Shown here piece after piece: positions 1 through 9,566 of a stretch of DNA of 64,000 bases (position 1 is the stretch's first letter; the number at the start of each line of letters is the position of its first letter). The stretch comes from a virus (taxonomy: Duplodnaviria > Heunggongvirae > Uroviricota > Caudoviricetes). The notes beneath the pieces were generated by a model. It saw only the letters and a program-made list of their open reading frames with translations. It was not told the DNA's origin and made no database searches. A program made the position numbers and the translations under genes. Location of the stretch: positions 23,474 through 87,473 of the IMG/VR virus record IMGVR_UViG_3300013104_000019; one strand, 5' to 3'.

Positions 1-6
1 GACAAG

Positions 7-705
7 ATGTCGGTCGGCTGGGGCGGTCACAGCGAACGCTTCAGCGCCGTGTTCAACGAAGTCGGTGCACTGGACTACGTCCGGACGGCTGGCAACAACA
101 TGATCACGGAACTGAACGAAGAGTGTCGGCTCCGTGTGCCCGGTACGATCAGTCACGAGATCCCGTTCGAGCAAGTGCTGATCGTCTTCAAGGGCTTCAT
201 CTGGGACATGTCGGACGACGTCGGCCAGCATCACCTCGCGCTCGTCTGGGAAGTCACGGTACCCGAAGGTGTGGTGCTGGAATCGCGTGAAGACGAGCAC
301 AAGCTCGGCCCGTGGTGCAACCGTGCTGAACTCATGGCTGACAAGAACAGCCGTGCTGACAAGTACGAGAACTGGTCGAAGATCGTGATCGATCAGATCT
401 GTCTGGACGGGTGGGGTCTGCTCGGCACCGACAAGGACTGGATCTCGAAGGCCAACGCAGAAGCCGCTTATCAGACAGCTGAAGCGGAACTGATCGATCA
501 AGACACGGACAACCAGGCCAAGCTTCCGGACGATCTGAAGCGCGGCGACTCGCGACGGATTGATCCGGTAAACGAACCGGCTATCGATTTGCCGAGCGCA
601 GAGCGCGTGGTGATGGGTCTGGATCTGGCTGAAGCAGGAGGCGATCAAACGGTCATTCACGATCCGATCTCCGAACTGTCAAATACCATCGGTCCGAAGG
701 CGTAA
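7..705 (+). CDS. hypothetical protein; may be the 3' part of a gene starting before the window
   Basis: 232-aa ORF followed by UUCG hairpin terminator at ~718-750. A weak Nudix-like C-terminal pattern was not convincing. Confidence 0.5.
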   Translation: MSVGWGGHSERFSAVFNEVGALDYVRTAGNNMITELNEECRLRVPGTISHEIPFEQVLIVFKGFIWDMSDDVGQHHLALVWEVTVPEGVVLESREDEHKLGPWCNRAELMADKNSRADKYENWSKIVIDQICLDGWGLLGTDKDWISKANAEAAYQTAEAELIDQDTDNQAKLPDDLKRGDSRRIDPVNEPAIDLPSAERVVMGLDLAEAGGDQTVIHDPISELSNTIGPKA

Positions 706-717
706 TCCGTCGACGTC

Positions 718-750
718 AAAGAGAGTGACTTCGGTCACTCTCTTTTTATT
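718..750 (+). terminator. intrinsic terminator (UUCG tetraloop hairpin plus U tract)
   Basis: agagagtgacTTCGgtcactctct followed by TTTTTATT. Confidence 0.75.
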
Positions 751-790
751 CCCTCGATTCATCTAGTGTCGGTAACATACAGAGGACATC

Positions 791-1468
791 ATGGCAGAAG
801 TCAGGGCAATGAATAAGAAGCTGGAAATACTGACGGAAGCAATTCCGTTGAAAGAACGGCTGGACATGGTTAGCGATTTCAATTACGGTAGGTTGACGGC
901 AGTAGTCAGTACCTACGTGAGCGACGCCAAGAAGCAACCCATGATGGAGTTTCTGAAATTGATCGCAGATCTTCCGAGTTTCATTGCCAGCAAGCTGGAA
1001 GAAATCGGTACACCGGCTTTCGTTTCTCAAGAAGCCACGCCGTTCAATCAACCGTTGGTGGAAATGGCACCGGTTGGTCGCGAGGAGTTTCTCAACGTCT
1101 TGCGCGATCAGATCAAGAACGAACTCCTCATGCCGAGTTCGAAGAATGGCGTCTTCGGTGGCAACATGCACTCGAAGCCGTACTACATCAAGGCGAACCG
1201 ATTCAATCAGTTTCTCATCTCTTCGATGGGTAGTAGCTCGTGGCCGACGTTGCTGCGATGGGATGATGGTCCAGAGCCTTCAGAAGAACTTTGGGCAATG
1301 ATTCCGGTCGACGGGATTTACATCTTCGCGGCTCTGACATCGCTCAAGATCCATGTCTGTGTCTGGACCGAGGATGCAGAGCCGAGTATCAAGTCTTGGG
1401 AATGGGAAGAAGGACAGAGCCTTCCTGTTGATCGTCAAGAATTTCAAAAACGCATCGAACTGCTTTAA
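791..1468 (+). CDS. hypothetical protein
   Basis: 225-aa ORF, RBS agaggacatcATG, same-strand operon context. Confidence 0.6.
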   Translation: MAEVRAMNKKLEILTEAIPLKERLDMVSDFNYGRLTAVVSTYVSDAKKQPMMEFLKLIADLPSFIASKLEEIGTPAFVSQEATPFNQPLVEMAPVGREEFLNVLRDQIKNELLMPSSKNGVFGGNMHSKPYYIKANRFNQFLISSMGSSSWPTLLRWDDGPEPSEELWAMIPVDGIYIFAALTSLKIHVCVWTEDAEPSIKSWEWEEGQSLPVDRQEFQKRIELL

Positions 1469-1477
1469 GGAACCGCA

Positions 1478-2701
1478 ATGCAATTCATCGTCAGCAAGAT
1501 CCGCATCCCGCTCGGCGACGAGCACATGGTCACCAGTGTCAAGAGCGGCAACCTGCTCGAAATGACTCGGCATGAACCGGGTGCCAATCCGACCGACTCG
1601 ATCGCAGAGATCAAGCTCATCAAGACCGACATCGAAGGGCAAGTCGTCGATGCGTTCAAAGCGTCGACGCGCGAGATCGAACCGGCGACATTCGGCATGG
1701 GGATGTACAACCGCCTCACCGAAATCGATAACGCATCTTACGATGTCGAAAACGTACCGGCAGGTTACGCAATCGGCATGATCTTCTGGTCGACAGAAAC
1801 CGGCGACTATCAGCTGCGTCCGTCAATGATCGCACGCGGCAAAGACTGGCAAGCCATCATCGAAGTCACCCGTACGGCTTCCCAGTTGAAAGTCGAAGAG
1901 AGCGAAATCATCGACTGGGAGCGCATGTCGCGTGCTGACCGCATGGAGTTCGTGCTGCGCAAGTTCTCCGAGCTGCTCGACCAAGAGCCACTCACGAAAG
2001 ACGAAGCACTTCGTATTGCCACGCATCGTCACTACAAGGGCGGCCTCTATCGTGAACTCGGCAAGATTCGCAATGCCGACGACGGGAACGTCGCATCGCG
2101 CGTGCTCTACTTGCATCTGTTCCCGCACGAGAACAGTGCATGGCATCGTGACGCAGAAGAATTCCACGGCTTTCTCGATACCGGCACGCAGCGTTTTGCA
2201 CCGATCGAAGATACATTGCCGTTCATCCTGAATGACGACGGCTTGTCGACGGAAATCAAGGTCGTGCTGCGCCAACTCGACGACAAGCCCGAAACGGGTA
2301 AGGTCTTCTTCGGCGGCTCGGATGTCGACAAACATCTGACCGAACTGAACGAGCGCGCTCGCTCGGAACTGCTCATCGGTGAGTATGATCATCCCGAATA
2401 CGATCAAGCCGATGAGCGCCGCTGGTATGCGTTGCAGAACGATCGTGCGTGTTGCCGCTTCATGGGCTTCTCGGTGTCGGATGTCACGACGCTCAAGGGC
2501 AAACGTGTCAAGGCGCTGGTCGCGAAGGTGCAACCGTACGGTCCGTTGGCCATGGACTTCATGCAAGCCATGCGTACTTCGATGGTTGGCTTCGGCATGC
2601 GCGCCATGTGCATGGACACGGTCGAAGATCTGGGCGATGGCAAGCTCGTCAACTATCGAACGGTCGATAAGATCATCACGTTCGATTTCGTGAAGAAGTG
2701 A
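1478..2701 (+). CDS. hypothetical protein with central DUF1653-like motif
   Basis: 407-aa ORF. Segment HRHYKGGLYRELG...VLYLHLFPHENSAWHR resembles the DUF1653 signature (YRHYKG...VVY..LY...WVRP). Followed by GC hairpin at 2709-2730. Confidence 0.6.
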   Translation: MQFIVSKIRIPLGDEHMVTSVKSGNLLEMTRHEPGANPTDSIAEIKLIKTDIEGQVVDAFKASTREIEPATFGMGMYNRLTEIDNASYDVENVPAGYAIGMIFWSTETGDYQLRPSMIARGKDWQAIIEVTRTASQLKVEESEIIDWERMSRADRMEFVLRKFSELLDQEPLTKDEALRIATHRHYKGGLYRELGKIRNADDGNVASRVLYLHLFPHENSAWHRDAEEFHGFLDTGTQRFAPIEDTLPFILNDDGLSTEIKVVLRQLDDKPETGKVFFGGSDVDKHLTELNERARSELLIGEYDHPEYDQADERRWYALQNDRACCRFMGFSVSDVTTLKGKRVKALVAKVQPYGPLAMDFMQAMRTSMVGFGMRAMCMDTVEDLGDGKLVNYRTVDKIITFDFVKK

Positions 2702-2708
2702 AGTGACG

Positions 2709-2730
2709 TGCGGGGGATTCGTCCCCCGCC
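2709..2730 (+). other. stable GC hairpin without U tract (processing site or weak terminator)
   Basis: gcgggggattcgtcccccgc. Confidence 0.4.
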
Positions 2731-2745
2731 GGATGAGGAGGCTCT

Positions 2746-3621
2746 ATGGGCTTAGATGTGTCGCTGTATAAGTGTCCTAACCTCAACTACGCGATGAAGA
2801 TGGAGCAGGCGTACGAAGCGGCGTTGGATCAAGTCTACGAGGAGTGGAATGATTTCTGCAAGAATCATTCACCGACACAGCAAGAAGAGGATGAGTTCAA
2901 CAAGAAACGAATGGCATTGAAGGACAAGTTCGAGATCGAGGGCTACAACCACAAGAGCCTCGAACGGATTCGGTTTGATTCGAAGACGGAGCCGGAGCAT
3001 CTCTTCAAGATCGGCTATATGCGCTCCAGCTACAACGGAGCAGGGATCAACTCGGTAGCGAACGTATTTGGTCTGCCTGATCTGTACACGATCTTCGAGA
3101 TCGACAACGAAGATTACTTTCAGGAACACGACTGGGACACCATTTACCAGAACGTAAAGGACGCGCTGGAGAAGTGGCAAGCGCATGCGAGTAGTCCGGC
3201 TGGTAAGTACTGGGTGCACACCTTCCGTCCGAGATTTGCCAGTAGCAAACTCAGCACTACTGGCCAGCTGATTCCGGAAGGCATCACCAGCGAACACGAA
3301 GCGATTGAGCGTCTGAACGAGAGCTACCTGAATAACAAGGAAGAAATCGACAAAGACGAATGGCGCTTGTCAGGATGGACAAGCCATAAAGGTGAGTTTT
3401 ATCCCAAGCCGCTGAAAGTCACCGCTATCGTCGCTGGTGCTTGGAATCCTGAGCAGCCGCTTCATTTTCGCAATATGCCAGTAACGTATCTGGTGTGTGA
3501 GCGAGAAAACGAGGATACCATTCAGTGGTACGTCACAGCGCTCCAGATCGTTCAAGAGATGGTTGAATGGATTCTGGAGCATCCGGATAAGGATCAGTTC
3601 TTCACAGGCTGGTCAGGTTAA
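2746..3621 (+). CDS. hypothetical protein
   Basis: 291-aa ORF, RBS gaggaggctctATG. Confidence 0.6.
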   Translation: MGLDVSLYKCPNLNYAMKMEQAYEAALDQVYEEWNDFCKNHSPTQQEEDEFNKKRMALKDKFEIEGYNHKSLERIRFDSKTEPEHLFKIGYMRSSYNGAGINSVANVFGLPDLYTIFEIDNEDYFQEHDWDTIYQNVKDALEKWQAHASSPAGKYWVHTFRPRFASSKLSTTGQLIPEGITSEHEAIERLNESYLNNKEEIDKDEWRLSGWTSHKGEFYPKPLKVTAIVAGAWNPEQPLHFRNMPVTYLVCERENEDTIQWYVTALQIVQEMVEWILEHPDKDQFFTGWSG

Positions 3622-3635
3622 GAAAGGAGGAAGCA

Positions 3636-4142
3636 ATGTCGATCTGGTCGGAAAGTAGATTGAAGTGGGAAATCGAGAATGGTCCGTTCTCGTATTTCAA
3701 AAAGTTCAAGGAGGAGCACGAGTCTCGCCTTAAGGAAGCGAAGACTACTGAAGATACCGAAGCATTGGAGCTTGCCAAAGACGCCATCGTGTCGATACCG
3801 GCACGTTACGTTTGCTGGAACAGCGACAACAACATGCCGATGGAACTGGATGGTCGATTGGTCAACAGATACGGTGACGGCCAATTCGTTTTCCGGTGTG
3901 ACTTTGCGTTGCCTACTCCGGCGACCAAGACATATGCAATGCTGTTCGGACTCGACGTCGTCTTCGTACCGTTCTTTGAGTCCGAATTCTGTCTTCTCGA
4001 TGTTCGTTCCTTCAGAGGCATCTTCGAGTGGATGACATCCAATGTTCCGGAAAACGAGAAAAGCTCGCTACCGGAACAACTGGAGAAGGAACTGCGTGCG
4101 TACCAACGTTACCTTTCATTCGAGGGCTATGACACGGAGTAA
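3636..4142 (+). CDS. hypothetical protein
   Basis: 168-aa ORF, strong RBS aaaggaggaagcaATG. Confidence 0.65.
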   Translation: MSIWSESRLKWEIENGPFSYFKKFKEEHESRLKEAKTTEDTEALELAKDAIVSIPARYVCWNSDNNMPMELDGRLVNRYGDGQFVFRCDFALPTPATKTYAMLFGLDVVFVPFFESEFCLLDVRSFRGIFEWMTSNVPENEKSSLPEQLEKELRAYQRYLSFEGYDTE

Positions 4143-4146
4143 CACC

Positions 4147-4518
4147 ATGGAAGAAGACGAGGTCAGAAGACCGACTCACGATCTGTTTTGTCGGCAGTGT
4201 ATCGCAGACAGTCCCAACACGCATGTATCGTGGTTTCTGATGGCCTCATTCGCGTACTACTTCCTGAACGAGTCCCTCATTACCGATGCGTTGTACGATG
4301 AGATTTACCAGTGGCTGGAGAAGAACATCGAACAAATCGATCACGTCCACAAACATCTCATCGAAAAGGACATGTTCTCAATTGGCAGTGCGTACTATCT
4401 GAGAGAATATCCGAAGATCATTCAGGTATCGACGCACAACTTGCTTGATAACTTGCGCTTAACAGCAGCACCGCAACCGAGAGATTTATGGAAAAGGAAA
4501 ACCTGCCCTACGCAGTAG
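4147..4518 (+). CDS. hypothetical protein
   Basis: ORF 4042..4518 trimmed to the ATG at residue 36 (MEEDEV), preceded by ggag. The upstream part overlaps the previous gene. Confidence 0.5.
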   Translation: MEEDEVRRPTHDLFCRQCIADSPNTHVSWFLMASFAYYFLNESLITDALYDEIYQWLEKNIEQIDHVHKHLIEKDMFSIGSAYYLREYPKIIQVSTHNLLDNLRLTAAPQPRDLWKRKTCPTQ

Positions 4519-4724
4519 TGCAGCGCTTGCGACTGGTTGACATCTTGCTCGACCAGCAGGGCTTTATCAATCGCGGAGTATTGATGGAATACTTCGGGAT
4601 TTCGATGCCAGCCGCAAGCAACGATCTCGGACTGTACAAAGAGATCGCTCCGAACAACATGACGTACGACTTGTCGAATAAGACGTACGTGAGAACCGAA
4701 ACCTTTCAACGGGTCTGGAAATGA
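4488..4724 (+). CDS. small hypothetical protein (78 aa), overlapping neighbours
   Basis: ORF with gagag 5 nt upstream. Overlaps the upstream gene by 31 nt and the downstream gene by 4 nt. Confidence 0.35.
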   Translation: MEKENLPYAVVQRLRLVDILLDQQGFINRGVLMEYFGISMPAASNDLGLYKEIAPNNMTYDLSNKTYVRTETFQRVWK

Positions 4725-5332
4725 AATTCATCTTCAACGATCGCAATCGAGCGATTTGCGATGTGTTCAGCCACGCATTGCAAGGTACTCTGCCCAATCT
4801 CGAAGTACGGCATTGCAACTTCGAAGCCATTTCGAAGGACGATTACAAGATCCTTTTTACCCCCGGTAATTCGTACGGACAGATGACCGGGGGTTTCGAT
4901 TTGGCAGTACGTAACGTCTGGCCGGCTGCTGAAGCCTATGTTCAAATGGCAATTAGCGAGTCCCGAAATGGGATGTTGGCGGTTGGTGATTACGTGATGG
5001 TTGGCTTGCATGCGGCTATGTCTTTGATTCCGCAAAAGCGCCTCATCTACGCGCCGACCATGCGCATCCCGATGGTGATTGCCGGTACGGAAAACGTCTA
5101 CTGGGCGTATCGCGCTGCCTTCCAAGCATTAGAAGGAGCGGCGCGCGGGATGATCTTCACTGATGAAGACGCTGTGCTCATCCCTGCTTTTGGGACGAGT
5201 GCCGGTCACATGGACCCGCTCAAAGCTGCGATGCAGTGCAGGCTGGCATACGAGCACGTCCATCGTCCGCCAGTCGAAGTAACGAGCCGGCAGATGTTTG
5301 CTGACCATCAAGCCATTGCTCAATGGGTTTAA
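4721..5332 (+). CDS. macro-domain-like (ADP-ribose binding/processing) protein
   Basis: Segment DDYKILFTPGNSYGQMTGGFDLAV parallels the macro-domain core D-h-IVNAAN..L.GGGGVDGAI (Asn, then a Gly-rich loop, then a hydrophobic A/V). This is a pattern-level call only. Confidence 0.4.
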   Translation: MKFIFNDRNRAICDVFSHALQGTLPNLEVRHCNFEAISKDDYKILFTPGNSYGQMTGGFDLAVRNVWPAAEAYVQMAISESRNGMLAVGDYVMVGLHAAMSLIPQKRLIYAPTMRIPMVIAGTENVYWAYRAAFQALEGAARGMIFTDEDAVLIPAFGTSAGHMDPLKAAMQCRLAYEHVHRPPVEVTSRQMFADHQAIAQWV

Positions 5333-5333
5333 G

Positions 5334-5651
5334 ATGAAAGCAGATCAAGTAAAAGACGCCATCGGGAAAACGGTTACTGTCAATGGTTTCCGTGATCTCG
5401 GAATCGACCCGGACATGCGCCGCATCATCGGTCAGGAATGTGTGGTCGTTAAGCAGTGTAAGAGCGGCCTTGTGCAGATCAAGCACGGCAAAAGCTTTTA
5501 CTCTGTTCCCCTTATCAATCTTGACTTGAAAATCACTGTAACGTTTGATGGTTGGAGTAAATGTGATTCGGGTATGGGGTGCGTAGAAACGGGCGTTTGC
5601 TATGCAATGGCGCATGGCGAACCGGATCAATGCGGCATGAAAAAGGAATAA
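5334..5651 (+). CDS. hypothetical Cys-containing protein
   Basis: ORF 5298..5651 trimmed to ATG (MKADQ) placed directly after the previous stop. Has CDSGMGC..C motif. Confidence 0.45.
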   Translation: MKADQVKDAIGKTVTVNGFRDLGIDPDMRRIIGQECVVVKQCKSGLVQIKHGKSFYSVPLINLDLKITVTFDGWSKCDSGMGCVETGVCYAMAHGEPDQCGMKKE

Positions 5652-5653
5652 AC

Positions 5654-6676
5654 ATGGAACAAAACTATCTGAATACGATACAAGATGTGCTGGATAATGG
5701 CACGTGGCAGAAGAACGAACGCACGGGGGAATTGTGCTGTACCCTCGACGGCGCGATGACGCGTTTTGACATCAGTCAAGCGTTCACGTGTGCGGTGACG
5801 ACGAAGAAGCTCGCGTGGAAGTCGATCACGGGTGAGTTCTGCGGCTTCCTGCGTGGTGTAACGAGCGCTGCTGACTTCCGCACACTCGGTTCGAAGGTGT
5901 GGGACCAGAACGCCAACGAGAACGCTCAGTGGCTCGCCAATGCCTTCCGTAAAGGCGAGGACGACCTGGGCGACGTGTATGGTGCGCAATGGCGGCGCTG
6001 GCCAGCCTATCGGGTTTTGGAATTGGGTGAACATGACAGTCCGAAGGCTAAGCAACTGGAAGCACAGGGTTGGAAACGCGAAGGTTGGGTTGATCCGACC
6101 GAAGGCTGGGGATTCTCCGGTATCCTCTATTCGAAAGAAATCGACCAACTCGGCGATTGCATTCGGAAGTTGATCCTGACGCCGTCGGATCGTCGGATTC
6201 TGTTCCACGGATGGAATCCGGCCAAGCTCGGAGAGATCGCACTGCCGGCCTGCCACCTACTGTACCAGTTCCTTCCCAACGTGGCGCGTCGCGAACTCTC
6301 GCTCGCCATCTACATCCGCAGCTGGGACACCTTCCTCGGCGGCCCGTTCAACATCGCGGAGGGTGGTCTGCTGCTCGAACTCGTCTCGCGTCTGACGGGT
6401 TTCAAGGCCAAGCGTGTGACGATCTTCTCGGGCGATACGCACGTCTACGAGAACCATCTGCCGATGGTGCAAGAGCAACTGAAGCGCGAACCGTTCGATT
6501 CGCCTCGTCTCGTGATCGATCGTTTCATTCCCACGTCGGAAGAAATGGCGTTGATCCGAGATCCGAATACGCGCGTCGATGTTGCTATCGATTACATCAA
6601 CAAGGTGGAGCCTTATCACTTCAAGCTGGATGGCTACATCCACCATCCGGAACTGAAAGCACCCATGGCGGTGTAG
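5654..6676 (+). CDS. thyA: thymidylate synthase
   Basis: Conserved ThyA blocks are present (WKSITGEFCGFLRG, HGWNPAKLGEIALPACHLLYQF with the catalytic Cys, FNIAEGGLLLE, GDTHVYENH). RBS aaaaggaataaacATG. 340 aa with insertions relative to E. coli ThyA. Confidence 0.9.
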   Translation: MEQNYLNTIQDVLDNGTWQKNERTGELCCTLDGAMTRFDISQAFTCAVTTKKLAWKSITGEFCGFLRGVTSAADFRTLGSKVWDQNANENAQWLANAFRKGEDDLGDVYGAQWRRWPAYRVLELGEHDSPKAKQLEAQGWKREGWVDPTEGWGFSGILYSKEIDQLGDCIRKLILTPSDRRILFHGWNPAKLGEIALPACHLLYQFLPNVARRELSLAIYIRSWDTFLGGPFNIAEGGLLLELVSRLTGFKAKRVTIFSGDTHVYENHLPMVQEQLKREPFDSPRLVIDRFIPTSEEMALIRDPNTRVDVAIDYINKVEPYHFKLDGYIHHPELKAPMAV

Positions 6677-6757
6677 CACTAAAAACTCATCGGCTGGAGC
6701 ATTATGTGGAAGGCTGCAAAGTCTTCCACTCGTACGAAAGCAAAAAAGGAGACCGCG

Positions 6758-7009
6758 ATGTCGGCTGCTTTGATGGGGGTTGTAGGTGAAACATTGGGGT
6801 TGATCCAAGAGAAACTTTTCCACGGACATTTCGACGCATCGGAGCGCGAAGAAATATACGGGGATGCAAAGGAACTACTCTTCAACAACAAAATCCCGCC
6901 AGAGGAATCCAAGCTGCGCGCGAAGTCGCTCGATGAACTGGAATCGAGATATCCGGAACTCGTGTCCTATCTCATCTCCGGCAAGCTAACTTCGGTTCGT
7001 TGGTGCTAA
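6758..7009 (+). CDS. small hypothetical protein
   Basis: ORF trimmed to the ATG after strong RBS aaaaggagaccgcgATG. N-terminus MSAALMGVVGE resembles the start of the next gene. Confidence 0.5.
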   Translation: MSAALMGVVGETLGLIQEKLFHGHFDASEREEIYGDAKELLFNNKIPPEESKLRAKSLDELESRYPELVSYLISGKLTSVRWC

Positions 7010-7138
7010 TCCAACAAGGGGGTTCCGAAAGGAACCCCTGATATGCTGTTAAGTGGTAGAACTTGGTATGTGTTTTTAATATGCCAAGGCATGGTTTGTA
7101 GCTGTATGTTCGAAGTGCAACCAAAGGAAAGACAAGAA

Positions 7139-7702
7139 ATGGCAAACGACGCTAAGAAAGCCGCTCCGGCAAATAAAGAAACCGCAATGGGTTCGGCGCT
7201 GAAAGATGCACTGGCTAAGAGCGGGGGCCTGAAAACCGTACACACGAAACCGACTTCGAAGAAGAAAGAAAAGCCGTACAAACAAACCTACGAAGAAGGC
7301 ACTGCGCAAAGCGCGGAACAGACCAAAGCCGCATCTGTTGAACCGCAGAAGGTCAAGAAGGGTGAAGCACCGGATGCGAAGAAAGCCATCACGACGGTGG
7401 CTCGCAAGATCGCCAGGAAGGTGAGCACCAAGAAGCCCAACGCTCCGGGTGTTGCCAAACCGGCCAATGCTCCGACTCCAGAGAACAAGCCGGCTGAAAA
7501 GCCGTACTCGCCGTCGGTGGTCAAGGCGTACAAGGAGCAACTCACGCATGAGTTGAAAGCGCTCATCCGTAAGGCTGACGATGCGGGACTGCTCATCCAC
7601 ATCCCGATCGTCAATGGTCGTCCGTTCGTGAAGTTCCACGACAAGGCCACCTACAAGCCCAAACAACCAGTCAAGCAAGAACAACAGCAAAAGACGGCAT
7701 AA
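7139..7702 (+). CDS. Lys/Ala/Pro-rich basic histone-H1-like protein with structured C-terminal domain
   Basis: ORF trimmed to MANDAKK after RBS aaaggaaagacaagaaATG. About 130 aa of KKAAPANKE.../KPxxAP low-complexity basic repeats, then a non-repetitive C-terminal domain. UUCG terminator follows. Confidence 0.6.
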   Translation: MANDAKKAAPANKETAMGSALKDALAKSGGLKTVHTKPTSKKKEKPYKQTYEEGTAQSAEQTKAASVEPQKVKKGEAPDAKKAITTVARKIARKVSTKKPNAPGVAKPANAPTPENKPAEKPYSPSVVKAYKEQLTHELKALIRKADDAGLLIHIPIVNGRPFVKFHDKATYKPKQPVKQEQQQKTA

Positions 7703-7707
7703 AGTCA

Positions 7708-7740
7708 GCAGAGAGGAGTCTTCGGACTCCTCTCTATGAC
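7708..7740 (+). terminator. intrinsic terminator
   Basis: agagaggagtcTTCGgactcctctct. Confidence 0.65.
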
Positions 7741-8152
7741 ATCATTTTATCAACCACCAGCATGGTTTGAGGATAAGAAGCAATTACGGAGATTTGAAAT
7801 GCTGGCACATGACGAACACATTAAGCAGTGGACACAAGAGAAGTACCGAATTGCCTCTGTCGCGCTGGATGAGCCAGTGAGTCGGCCACCAGCCATGATG
7901 AAAGAAGGAGTCTATTACGATCTGATGGACTTCTGGATTGAACGCGCTCGCGTGCGGGCTTTGTTGTGGTCGCGTATGCGTGCGCAGAACTACGACGTCT
8001 ACATGGCAAACCTGAAGATCGCAGAAAGCCTTGAGTATCGGCAAGGCGAACACGGTCTGCTCGATCGACTGGCGATGTCGCATTTCCAGCGAATCTGGTT
8101 CACCGAGAATAATCCCAACGACATGATGGAAAAAATGAGGGTGATTCAATGA
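7736..8152 (+). CDS. hypothetical protein
   Basis: 138-aa ORF; start overlaps the terminator hairpin tail. Confidence 0.5.
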   Translation: MTSFYQPPAWFEDKKQLRRFEMLAHDEHIKQWTQEKYRIASVALDEPVSRPPAMMKEGVYYDLMDFWIERARVRALLWSRMRAQNYDVYMANLKIAESLEYRQGEHGLLDRLAMSHFQRIWFTENNPNDMMEKMRVIQ

Positions 8153-8679
8153 AGCATTACGAAATCAAGCCATACATGAATTACGCACGCAATCTGCAAG
8201 AGGGCAGCGTGCGCGAGAACGATAAAGGCATGATTCGCACCATTCTTGAGCGCAAGGGATGGCTCAAGCGCAAGCTCGGCCTGTGCGTCATGTACCCGAC
8301 GCTCACGGTTTCTAACCGCTACCCGAACCACGTGTTCTACTACGGTTATGCCCGCACGTTTATGTCGCTGTGCAACAGCACCTCGGAAGAGTACATTCTA
8401 GGCGTGGCAGCGTACGACGAAGCGTCGGGACTCGTGTGGTTCTCGTACCCGAAAGCTCGACACCACAATCTGTTGCACCTGATGGCTGAATACGGTTATT
8501 CGGAAGCACAGGTTGCCAATGTCAAGCAAGGCTTTCTGACAACGAAGGGTCGTTACGTCGATCGTGAGCAAGCTTTGGCTATTGCCAAAACAGCGAATCA
8601 GTTGATCAAGAAGACTGATCCGCCTCACAAACTCTTCTCGGAAGACCTCTTCACTGGTGGATTGACGCTCGTGAAGTAA
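8149..8679 (+). CDS. hypothetical protein
   Basis: 176-aa ORF, ATGA overlap with the upstream gene, RBS gagggtgattcaATG. Confidence 0.6.
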   Translation: MKHYEIKPYMNYARNLQEGSVRENDKGMIRTILERKGWLKRKLGLCVMYPTLTVSNRYPNHVFYYGYARTFMSLCNSTSEEYILGVAAYDEASGLVWFSYPKARHHNLLHLMAEYGYSEAQVANVKQGFLTTKGRYVDREQALAIAKTANQLIKKTDPPHKLFSEDLFTGGLTLVK

Positions 8680-8720
8680 CTCGGGTAATGGTGTGCATGT
8701 GACCTTTCTGAGAGAAAACG

Positions 8721-9047
8721 ATGAGCACACCTCCGACCACCATCAACAACGAAACCCTTGACCAGATGTATCAGGACGCTTGTGCTGATACACGAGCAGT
8801 CTGGAAAGCCATTGACCAAGCACGGCGCAATGGCACACAAGTCTACGTCGAGATCCATCCGGATCGCGTAATCGTCCAAGGCTTGAAAGCGATGCAGCGC
8901 GTCTGGATTGACGCTCCCTCTGCGGTGGATTATTCGGGTTGGGTACCGTCCACCGTTCCGAGTGAAGGTGAAATCGACCCGGATAGCGGCGGTACACCGA
9001 TGCAGGTGCATTTCGCTGAACCCAACCCCAACCAGCCTTCGTCTTAA
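8721..9047 (+). CDS. hypothetical protein
   Basis: 108-aa ORF, RBS agagaaaacgATG. Confidence 0.5.
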   Translation: MSTPPTTINNETLDQMYQDACADTRAVWKAIDQARRNGTQVYVEIHPDRVIVQGLKAMQRVWIDAPSAVDYSGWVPSTVPSEGEIDPDSGGTPMQVHFAEPNPNQPSS

Positions 9048-9071
9048 TTTTTTGTCGACTTGGAGTATCAG

Positions 9072-9458
9072 ATGAGTGAAAGCCCCAACCTCAACAGTTC
9101 GGCTGTCCCCGCAGCACAGCGCGCCGGACTGCTCGATCCGAATGATCCGATGAAGTTCTCGGACAAAGCACTGCTCGACCCGCCGTCTTACGTGCGCAAC
9201 TTCGCACATGCGGTCGCTGGCCATGAAGCACAAGTCATGCAAGAAGCGCAAGTGGCTACGGTATTCACCGACTCCAACCAAGTCTGGGACGTCGTGACGC
9301 AGCTGCTCAACCAAGCCGAAGCCGCTGGCTTCGAAGTCGACGTGTTCGAAGACGCCGGCCAGAAGCACTGTGTGCGTGTGGTGAAGTCTGGCGCAAAGCG
9401 TCTGGTGGTGCAGTCCTCCACTACCGGCCAGACGAACAAGCCCGCTAATCCGGCGTAA
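9072..9458 (+). CDS. hypothetical protein
   Basis: Track ORF begins at a TTG. Trimmed to ATG (MSESPNL) after ggagtatcag. Confidence 0.55.
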   Translation: MSESPNLNSSAVPAAQRAGLLDPNDPMKFSDKALLDPPSYVRNFAHAVAGHEAQVMQEAQVATVFTDSNQVWDVVTQLLNQAEAAGFEVDVFEDAGQKHCVRVVKSGAKRLVVQSSTTGQTNKPANPA

Positions 9459-9511
9459 GGATACCCGTACTCTCGAACTACGTGCAAACCCTCGTGCGTA
9501 CGTAGCTTTTT

Positions 9512-9545
9512 GGAAGGGGACTTCGGTCCCCTTCTTTTTTTGTCG
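9512..9545 (+). terminator. intrinsic terminator
   Basis: ggaaggggacTTCGgtccccttc plus TTTTTTT. Confidence 0.8.
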
Positions 9546-9566
9546 ACAACCAGGAAAAGGAAAGAA

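Noticed and set aside
7-705. Possible Nudix hydrolase
   Set aside because: The C-terminal E..E..W...EL pattern is suggestive, but no acceptable Nudix box (G-x5-E-x7-REUxEExGU) could be aligned.
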